Assembly: GCA_023134715.1 (NCBI GenBank)
Contig: JAGLUP010000005.1
Span: 8,782-72,781, forward strand
DNA length: 64,000 nt
Source: Candidatus Parcubacteria bacterium
Lineage (GTDB): Bacteria; Patescibacteriota; Minisyncoccia; Minisyncoccales; JAGLUP01
Reading direction: 5' to 3'
The translations under genes were made by a program, and so were the position numbers. The notes under the pieces were generated by a model. The model was not told the origin of the DNA. It was given only the letters and a program-made list of their open reading frames with translations, and did not search any database. Shown one piece after another: positions 44,213-51,155 of the stretch (within the stretch, counting starts at the first letter, position 1; each line of letters starts with the position of its first letter).

Positions 44213-46685
44213 TTCTCAAAAATCAAATAAAGAAATCGGCTATATTAAACCGCGGGAAATAGTTGAAGAAATGAAAGAATCATATATTGATTACGCAATG
44301 TCAGTTATTATCGCGCGCGCATTGCCTGATGTTCGCGACGGCTTAAAGCCGGTCCACCGCAGAATTTTATACGCAATGCTCGAAGACGGATTAAGAGCAA
44401 ACGCAAAATTTAGAAAATCAGCAACTGTTGTCGGGTCTGTATTAGGACGTTATCATCCTCACGGCGATATTGCTGTTTATGACGCAATGGCAAGAATGGC
44501 CCAGGATTTTTCGTTAAGATACCCTCTAATCAACGGGCAGGGAAACTGGGGCAGTATTGACGGAGATAATCAGGCCGCTATGCGTTATACCGAAGCAAAA
44601 CTCTCAAAAATTGGCGAAGAAACGCTAAAAGATATTGAAAAAAATACTGTTAATTTCAGAGACAATTATGACGGCACAAGAAAAGAACCGTGCGTTCTGC
44701 CATCGCCGCTTCCTCAACTTCTTTTAAACGGCTCTCTGGGAATCGCTGTTGGAATGGCGACAAATATTCCTCCTCATAATCTCTCTGAAGTGGTAGAAGC
44801 GGTAATACACCTAATTGACAATCCAAAAACAACAACTGAAGATCTTTTCCAATTCATTAAAGGACCTGATTTTCCCTTAGGAGGAATAATTTTTGACAAA
44901 AAAGAAATAATATCCGCTTATTCTCAAGGCAAGGGACCTATTTTAACCAGAGGTAAAGCAGAAATTATAGAAAATAAAACTCATCAACAGCAAATTATTA
45001 TTACTGAGATTCCCTATCAAACCCAAAAATCAAACTTAGTCACTCAAATAGCAAAATTAGTAGAAACGAAAAAACTGGAAGGAATTAAAGATGTCCGAGA
45101 CGAGTCAGATAGAGATGGAATGAGAATTGTTATTGAGCTTAAAACCGGAGCTTATCCTCAAAAAATCTTAAATCGTTTATATAAATTCAGCGACCTTCAA
45201 AAAACTTTTCACCTTAATATGCTTGCCATAGTAGACGGAATCCAGCCAAAAATTCTTTCCCTTGCTGAAATTCTTAATTATTATATTTTACACAGAAAAG
45301 AAGTAATAGTAAGAAGAACTAAATATGAATTAGCAAAAGCAGAAGAAAGAGCGCATATTTTGCAAGGATTAGTTATGGCGCTTGGAAAAATTGACGCGAT
45401 TATCAAAACAATCAAGCAGTCAAAAAACAGAGAAGACGCTCAGAAGAATTTAATCGAAAAATTTAAATTTACCACTATCCAGGCAAACGCTATTCTGGAA
45501 ATCAAGCTTCACTCCTTGGCTAAATTAGAACGTGAAAAACTGGAACAAGAACTTGAAGAGCTTTTGACTAAAATTAAAAAACTCAAGGCGATTCTGAAAG
45601 ACCCTAAAAAAATAAGAAAACTAATGAAAGATGAACTGCAGGAGGTTAAAGAAAGATACGGAGACCAGAGAAGAACTAAAGTGGTTGCTCAAAAAATTGG
45701 AGAAATCGCTGAAGAGGATTTAATTCCTCAAGAAGAAACAATTATTGTTTTAACGCAGGGCGGTTATATTAAAAGAATAAATCCATCTGTTTATAAAATT
45801 CAGAAAAGAGGAGGAAAGGGAATTTTAGGAATGAAAACGCTTCAGGAAGATATTATTGAACATTTTATTTCAGCCAATACTCATGACTCGCTTCTTTTCT
45901 TTACTGACTCAGGAAAAGTTTTCCGAACCTTTGCCTATGAAATTCCTGAAGGCAGTAGAGTGGCAAGAGGAAGAGGGCTTTTAAACTTTTTAGAAATTTC
46001 TCAAGAAGAAAAAGTTCTTTCCTTGATTACTTTAAAAAAAGATGATAAAGAGTTATCAACAAGATATTTAGTAATGCTTACAGAAAATGGTATAATAAAA
46101 AAGACATCTTTGAAAGAATTTGAGAATGTGCGAAGAAACGGGCTTATTGCCATAAAACTAAATAAAGGAGACGCTCTGAAATCTGTAAGGAAAAGCAGTG
46201 GAGAAGATGAGATAATTTTAGCCACAAAAAAAGGACAATCTATCAGATTTAAAGAAAAAGAAATTCGCGCTATGGGACGTCCAACTGCAGGCGTAAAAGC
46301 AATCCGATTAAAAAAAGAAGATAAAGTTGTGGGAATGGACACCATAGAAAGCCCCCGCCAAGAGCGGGGCAAGCAAAACTTAGATAAGAATTATTTATTG
46401 GTGGTTAGTGAAAACGGATATGGAAAGAAAACAGATATTAAAGAATATCGAAAACAAGGCAGAGGAGGTTCGGGAATAAAAACAGCTAACATAACTAAGA
46501 AAACCGGCGAAATTGTCTTTTCTAAAATCATTACGGAAGAAGAAGATTTAATCGTAATCTCCCAACAAGGACAAGTAATAAAAACAAATATTGCGTCTAT
46601 CCCGATTTTAAGCCGCGCCACTCAAGGCGTTAGAATAATGAAGCTTAATGAAAACGATAAAGTCGCATCCGCAACTTGTATTTAA
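44202..46685 (+). CDS. gyrA: DNA gyrase subunit A
   Basis: It has [12 protein letters not shown], the active-site context AAMRYTE, and C-terminal beta-pinwheel repeats. Confidence 0.95.
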   Translation: MDNNSQKSNKEIGYIKPREIVEEMKESYIDYAMSVIIARALPDVRDGLKPVHRRILYAMLEDGLRANAKFRKSATVVGSVLGRYHPHGDIAVYDAMARMAQDFSLRYPLINGQGNWGSIDGDNQAAMRYTEAKLSKIGEETLKDIEKNTVNFRDNYDGTRKEPCVLPSPLPQLLLNGSLGIAVGMATNIPPHNLSEVVEAVIHLIDNPKTTTEDLFQFIKGPDFPLGGIIFDKKEIISAYSQGKGPILTRGKAEIIENKTHQQQIIITEIPYQTQKSNLVTQIAKLVETKKLEGIKDVRDESDRDGMRIVIELKTGAYPQKILNRLYKFSDLQKTFHLNMLAIVDGIQPKILSLAEILNYYILHRKEVIVRRTKYELAKAEERAHILQGLVMALGKIDAIIKTIKQSKNREDAQKNLIEKFKFTTIQANAILEIKLHSLAKLEREKLEQELEELLTKIKKLKAILKDPKKIRKLMKDELQEVKERYGDQRRTKVVAQKIGEIAEEDLIPQEETIIVLTQGGYIKRINPSVYKIQKRGGKGILGMKTLQEDIIEHFISANTHDSLLFFTDSGKVFRTFAYEIPEGSRVARGRGLLNFLEISQEEKVLSLITLKKDDKELSTRYLVMLTENGIIKKTSLKEFENVRRNGLIAIKLNKGDALKSVRKSSGEDEIILATKKGQSIRFKEKEIRAMGRPTAGVKAIRLKKEDKVVGMDTIESPRQERGKQNLDKNYLLVVSENGYGKKTDIKEYRKQGRGGSGIKTANITKKTGEIVFSKIITEEEDLIVISQQGQVIKTNIASIPILSRATQGVRIMKLNENDKVASATCI

Positions 46686-46689
46686 AACT

Positions 46690-47214
46690 ATGGATAATTT
46701 TTTAAACCCAAGTAAAATATTAAAAAATTTGGACTTACGCGATAATATGGTTGCTGTGGATTTTGGCTGCGGCACTGGCGGATGGGCGATTCCTTTAGCA
46801 AAAAGATTAGAAGAGGGCAAGGTCTACGCTTTAGATATTCAAGAAGAAATGCTTTCGGCCTTAAAAAGCCATGCTCAATTAGAAAAAATATATAATATTG
46901 AAACAAGGATTTGCGATTTAGAAAGAGAAAACGGCTCTGGCCTGCCGGAAAATTCATTAGATCTGGCCCTGTTAACCAATATCTTATTTCAATTGGAAGA
47001 CAAAAAAATCGTGCTGCAGGAAATTAAAAGAATTTTAAAAAAACAAGGAAAACTTTTGATTGTTGATTGGAACGCTGACGCTTCTTTCGGACCAAAAGAG
47101 GGAAGAATTTCTGCTGAAGAGATAAGTAGAATAGCGAAAGAAATCGATTTTAAATTAGAAAAAGAATTTGACGCCAGCGCCCATCACTACGGCTTAATTT
47201 TTACCAAAGAATAA
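46690..47214 (+). CDS. Class I SAM-dependent methyltransferase
   Basis: Motif I is VAVDFGCGTGGW. I moved the start from 46648 (inside gyrA) to the ATG at 46690. Confidence 0.8.
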   Translation: MDNFLNPSKILKNLDLRDNMVAVDFGCGTGGWAIPLAKRLEEGKVYALDIQEEMLSALKSHAQLEKIYNIETRICDLERENGSGLPENSLDLALLTNILFQLEDKKIVLQEIKRILKKQGKLLIVDWNADASFGPKEGRISAEEISRIAKEIDFKLEKEFDASAHHYGLIFTKE

Positions 47215-47291
47215 TTTTTATTACTTCTTGCTTTCTGCTTTCCACACCCTAACTATTGTTAATTTTAAAAAATTCAGTTAAAATATAAATA

Positions 47292-47720
47292 ATGAAAATA
47301 AATAAAAAAATTTTAATAATATTTTTATTTTCTTTTGTTTTCTTAAATGCAGGAACAAGTTCTGTTTTTGCAGTAGAGGAGGCATCAACTTGCAAAGAAT
47401 ACTGCAGTGATCCGTATAACGCGGACACTGATGAGGGCACATACACTGAGCCGGCAGGAAAGGTTTGTATATGCAATCCTTTGCAGGCTACCAGCACTGA
47501 AGCGATAATTAATTCAATTGTCAACTTTATTTTCTGGTTTGGAATGGCGTTAGCGCCTTTAATGATAATTATTGCCGGATTTTTCTTCTTAACTGCTGGC
47601 GGAGATCCAGATAACATAAAAAAAGCGAAAAATATAATTACATGGACATTTGTCGGACTACTTATTATTCTAATGGGTAAAGGACTGATTTCAGCGTTGA
47701 AAAGCGTATTAGGAGGATAG
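47292..47720 (+). CDS. VirB2/TrbC-like (T4SS-type) pilin, paralog 1
   Basis: It has a signal peptide, a 4-Cys ectodomain (CKEYC...CIC), and two TM helices joined by LTAGGDPDNIKKAK. Confidence 0.65.
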   Translation: MKINKKILIIFLFSFVFLNAGTSSVFAVEEASTCKEYCSDPYNADTDEGTYTEPAGKVCICNPLQATSTEAIINSIVNFIFWFGMALAPLMIIIAGFFFLTAGGDPDNIKKAKNIITWTFVGLLIILMGKGLISALKSVLGG

Positions 47721-47726
47721 TTGAAG

Positions 47727-47767
47727 AAAATCCAAAATCCAAAATCCAAATTGTTCCAAATTGTTCC
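47727..47767. repeat. Tandem repeats (AAAATCC)x3 then (AAATTGTTCC)x2
   Basis: Read directly from the intergenic sequence after pilin paralog 1. Confidence 0.85.
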
Positions 47768-47892
47768 AAATCAAATCCAAATTTTAAATTTCCAATTTTA
47801 AAAACAAGAAAAGGTCGAAGATATTAACATTACTAATCTATGAATTCTATTTGTATTATTAGTATGAATTCGTATATTAGTATCGCATTTTT

Positions 47893-48330
47893 ATGAAAAA
47901 GATTTTATCTGTATTAATTTTAGCCGTAGTTTTAACAACATTAGTAGCACCAGCAATGGTTTCCGCCGAAGGCCCAACAGAATGCTGTGAATTAAAAAGG
48001 GATTTTACATTAAATGGAGTAACTTATGACAAAACTGATGTTGTGGGTCCGACAGGCGGAAATTGCGACGTAGCAATAACTGAGACAACAGATGACTGGG
48101 GACTACTTTGTCTTCTTAACACAATTTACGGTATAACTAATCTGATATTTATTATCCTAATGGCTATTTCAGTAATAATGATATTAGCCGGAGGATTTAC
48201 TATTTTAACCGCTGGAGGCAACGCAGAGCAAGTGGGCACAGGAAAAAACTATATAACTTACGCTGTTGTAGGAATAGCAGTCGCGCTTTTAGCAAGAGTA
48301 ATCCCATCTATTGTAGTATACGTCCTGTAG
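47893..48330 (+). CDS. VirB2/TrbC-like (T4SS-type) pilin, paralog 2
   Basis: It has a signal peptide, a Cys-containing ectodomain (ECCELK...C...C), and two TM helices joined by LTAGGNAEQVGTGK. Confidence 0.65.
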   Translation: MKKILSVLILAVVLTTLVAPAMVSAEGPTECCELKRDFTLNGVTYDKTDVVGPTGGNCDVAITETTDDWGLLCLLNTIYGITNLIFIILMAISVIMILAGGFTILTAGGNAEQVGTGKNYITYAVVGIAVALLARVIPSIVVYVL

Positions 48331-48352
48331 AATAGAAAATTCAGTGTTTAAT

Positions 48353-48384
48353 CCCCTTCTTTTGCCAGCAGTGAAAAGGAGGGG
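48353..48384 (+). terminator. Hairpin A after pilin paralog 2 (loop gccagcagtg)
   Basis: The stem is ccccttctttt / aaaaggagggg with one mismatch. Confidence 0.5.
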
Positions 48385-48394
48385 GTTTGCTTAA

Positions 48395-48410
48395 GCCGAG
48401 GTGATAAAAT
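48395..48410 (+). repeat. Orphan copy of the first 16 nt of tRNA-Leu(TAG)
   Basis: gccgaggtgataaaat compares with gccgaggtgatgaaat at 48477-48492 (15/16). Confidence 0.7.
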
Positions 48411-48423
48411 CACAGTAGACACA

Positions 48424-48465
48424 GGAGACCCGACCTCCTTTGCCAGTGAAGGAGGTCGGGTCTCC
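48424..48465 (+). repeat. GACCCGACC-family hairpin B (15-bp stem, loop tttgccagtgaa)
   Basis: The stem is ggagacccgacctcc ... ggaggtcgggtctcc. The 18-mer aggagacccgacctcctt also occurs inside elp3 at 22447-22464. Confidence 0.8.
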
Positions 48466-48476
48466 GTTATTTTCTT

Positions 48477-48560
48477 GCCGAGGTGATGAAATTGGCAAAC
48501 ATGCGAGATTTAGGATCTCGTGCTCGTAAGAGCTTGTGGGTTCGAGTCCCACCCTCGGCA
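48477..48560 (+). tRNA. tRNA-Leu (TAG), class II
   Basis: Acceptor gccgagg/cctcggc, anticodon arm cgaga-ttTAGga-tctcg, long variable arm, T-loop ttcgagt. Confidence 0.9.
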
Positions 48561-48572
48561 CAAACAAAAAGC

Positions 48573-48602
48573 AGTCTAGACCCGACCTAGACTACTTTTT
48601 TA
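48573..48602 (+). terminator. Terminator after tRNA-Leu (loop acccgac)
   Basis: The stem agtctag/ctagact is followed by acttttttt. Confidence 0.65.
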
Positions 48603-48611
48603 CATATTTAA

Positions 48612-48646
48612 AAAGACCCGACCTTTGGATTTAAGGTCGGGTCTTT
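48612..48646. terminator. GACCCGACC-family hairpin D downstream of hsp20
   Basis: aaagacccgacc-tttggatttaa-ggtcgggtcttt forms a 12-bp stem. Confidence 0.7.
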
Positions 48647-48649
48647 AAT

Positions 48650-49099
48650 TTACTGCTTAACTGATATTTTTCTCTCTTTTTCTCGATGAATTATCGGCAA
48701 TTTAATAGTTAGGATGCCTTTTTTCATAGAAGCGCTGATTTCTTCAGGATTTACTTCTTCAGGTAAAACTATTTTTCTGGAAAATGCTCCCCACCAGCAT
48801 TCTTGATAAAGATATTTCGGCCCGCCCGCGTCGCTCCCGCCGGGTTTTTTTCTCTCGCCCCTTATGGTTATTATATCGTTCTCAATTGAAATATCTAAAT
48901 CCTCTGGCTTAACGCCGGCAACAGGGGACTGAATAACAATTTCTGAATCTGTTTGGAAAACATCAACAACCAGCTGCCCTTCTTTTTTAAACCATTTTTC
49001 CTCGCTTTCCTTCTCTTTCTCTTCTTCCAAATCTAAATCCAATTCTTTTATAGAAATCTCTTTTCCCTTATTTTTTTTTGATTTTTTTAAAAACCCCAT
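48650..49099 (-). CDS. Hsp20/alpha-crystallin family small heat-shock protein
   Basis: It has the alpha-crystallin core DVFQTDSEIVIQSPVAGVKPEDLDISI...GAFSRKIVLPEEV...GILTIKLP. Confidence 0.85.
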   Translation of the reverse strand: MGFLKKSKKNKGKEISIKELDLDLEEEKEKESEEKWFKKEGQLVVDVFQTDSEIVIQSPVAGVKPEDLDISIENDIITIRGERKKPGGSDAGGPKYLYQECWWGAFSRKIVLPEEVNPEEISASMKKGILTIKLPIIHREKERKISVKQ

Positions 49100-49120
49100 A
49101 ATTTAATAATTAAAAATTAT

Positions 49121-49843
49121 CTACTCACTAATCTCACAGACGCTCTCCATTTTATTCGCTTTTTTAAACGCAAAGAAAACAAACACGGAAAGAAAAATTA
49201 AAATAATTAAAGGCAAATTAAATTTTAAACTTCCCTCTATTGCTATTATAGAAAAATTATAAAGTCCGTGCAAGAACACGGCTATCCCCAGCCCTAATTT
49301 TCTAATCAAATATTTAAACGTGTTTTTTGGCTCACAAAAAGACAAAGCCAAAAAATAGCCAATCATTCCAGAACATAAAGCGTGCAAAAAAGTGGCTCCC
49401 ACAAATCGAAGAGCGGTAACTCCTAAAACTCCTGCCAACGGCTGAAAAAACATTTCAGGGGAAAATAAAATTAAAATATTCTCTACTGTCGCAAATCCCA
49501 AGGCCGCGATAATCATATAAAGCATAGCGTCCACCGGCTCATCAAATTCTGAATTATTCAACACCTTTTTCTTGACTACTAAATATTTTAAGCCCTCTTC
49601 AACTAAAGCCACACCTATAAAAAAATTTAAAATTAAAGTTGATGTTGAGGAAAAATTTAATACCTTAGTAATTTCAAAAAATCCTTTTTCTAATAAAACA
49701 GCGGGGAAAGTAATCAACATTCCGTAAAAGAAAATTCTTAAAATCATCCTGTTTGATTCTGGATGAACATCTTTTCGCAAAAAATACAAAAGCCAGATTA
49801 TACCGGGAGCCAGGGCGCAAATTAAAAGAGAAAAACCATTCAT
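49121..49843 (-). CDS. PrsW-family intramembrane glutamic/metalloprotease
   Basis: It is polytopic, with EEGLKY and HGLYNF motifs. Confidence 0.7.
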   Translation of the reverse strand: MNGFSLLICALAPGIIWLLYFLRKDVHPESNRMILRIFFYGMLITFPAVLLEKGFFEITKVLNFSSTSTLILNFFIGVALVEEGLKYLVVKKKVLNNSEFDEPVDAMLYMIIAALGFATVENILILFSPEMFFQPLAGVLGVTALRFVGATFLHALCSGMIGYFLALSFCEPKNTFKYLIRKLGLGIAVFLHGLYNFSIIAIEGSLKFNLPLIILIFLSVFVFFAFKKANKMESVCEISE

Positions 49844-50973
49844 ACCTTTAAGTTAGCATTTACTTTAATATTTTTCCAATTTTTTGTTTTTTGGTTTTTA
49901 TGATAATACGCTGTTATGGCTATCATCGCCGCATTGTCAGTGCAGAAAATTTTTGGGGGAACCAAAAATTTTAGTTTGTAGTTTATAGTTTGTAGTTTAT
50001 GGTTAAATTGCCTTCTTAACTCTTTGTTTGCTGTAACGCCACCGCCAAGAATTATAGATTTTGCCTTATATTGTTTAGCGGCTTTAATAGTTTTAAAAAT
50101 TAAAACATCAATTATCGCCTGTTGAATCTCCCGGCACATCTCTTGAATATATTTTTTTGACCTTGCTGTTTTTTCAGGCCGTTTTTTAAAATCATATAAG
50201 ACCGCTGTTTTCAACCCAGAAAAACTAAAATCATAATCCTTGCTATGAAGCATCGGTCTTGGCAACTTAGTTTGTAGTTTATAGTTTATAGTTTGTAGTT
50301 TCGCGGCTTCAGCGGAAATGGCAGGACCACCAGGATAATCTAACCCTAAAATTCTCGCTGTCTTGTCAAAACACTCCCCGGCCGCATCATCCCTTGTTTC
50401 TCCTAAAATTTTATACTTTCCAATTCCCTTCATTAAAATCAACTGCGTATGCCCGCCGCTTACCACTAAACATATCGCAGGGAATAAGTATTTTGTATTT
50501 TGCCCGCCCGCATCGCTACGCGAAGCGTTGCGGGCGGGGATTTTGATATCTGGTGGCAACCAATTAGCAAGTATGTGCGCTTCTATATGGTTAACTGGAA
50601 TAATCGGCAAATCCCATAAACAAGAAAGCTCTTTAGCAAAATTCACTCCCACCCATAAACACGGCTCTAATCCTGGACCTATCGTCACCGCAACCGCGTC
50701 AATATTTGGTTTTCTGAACTTTGATAATTTGGCTTTTCCTAATGCTTTTTTCAAAACTGGCTCTAAATTTTTCTGGTGTTCTCTTATCGCCATAGTCGGG
50801 TAAATTCCGCCATATTTCTTATGGATTTCAGCTTGAGAAGAAACAATATTGCTTAAAATTTTTACTTTTTGCTTATTAATCTCTAATACGGCAACGCAGG
50901 TATCATCGCAGGATGTTTCAATAGCTAAAATTTTCATTGCTCTTATTTTATCATTTGACTTGATTTTTTTCAA
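49840..50973 (-). CDS. tsaD: tRNA N6-adenosine threonylcarbamoyltransferase TsaD (with three in-frame repeat insertions)
   Basis: It has [33 protein letters not shown] and [10 protein letters not shown] motifs. Confidence 0.9.
   Translation of the reverse strand: [377 protein letters not shown]
49972..49999. repeat. Heptamer tandem repeat (TAGTTTR)x4 inside tsaD
   Basis: The repeat reads tagtttg tagttta tagtttg tagttta. On the coding strand it reads KLQTINYKL. Confidence 0.9.
50268..50302. repeat. Heptamer tandem repeat (TAGTTTN)x5 inside tsaD
   Basis: The repeat reads tagtttg tagttta tagttta tagtttg tagtttc. On the coding strand it reads [11 protein letters not shown]. Confidence 0.9.
50502..50539. 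repeat. GC-rich palindromic mini-element in-frame in tsaD
   Basis: The sequence is gcccgcccgcatcgct-acgcga-agcgttgcgggcgggg, with 15-nt arms complementary at 14/15. Confidence 0.85.
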
Positions 50974-51001
50974 TTTTTAGTTATAATGATTATGTTATTT
51001 T

Positions 51002-51077
51002 GACCCCATCGTCTAGAGGCCTAGGACTCCAGGTTTTCATCCTGGCAACAGGGATTCGACTTCCCTTGGGGTCGCCA
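51002..51077 (+). tRNA. tRNA-Glu (TTC), CCA encoded
   Basis: Acceptor gacccca/tggggtc, anticodon arm ccagg-ttTTCat-cctgg, 3' gcca. Confidence 0.9.
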
Positions 51078-51082
51078 ATTTG

Positions 51083-51153
51083 TGGACCTAGCGAGAATCG
51101 AACTCACATTTCCGCAATGCGAATGCGGTGTATTACCATTATACTATAGGCCC
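51083..51153 (-). tRNA. tRNA-Ala (CGC), no encoded CCA
   Basis: Acceptor gggccta/taggtcc with a G3-U70 pair, anticodon arm ccgca-ttCGCat-tgcgg. It begins 2 nt after the cca stop codon. Confidence 0.85.
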
Positions 51154-51155
51154 GG

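Noticed and set aside
46648-46689. Upstream start of the methyltransferase ORF
   Set aside because: It lies inside the gyrA 3' end. The internal ATG at 46690 comes right after the gyrA stop.
47249-47749. 166-aa ORF antisense to pilin paralog 1
   Set aside because: It is a shadow ORF. The plus-strand product has a clear signal peptide and two-TM pilin architecture.
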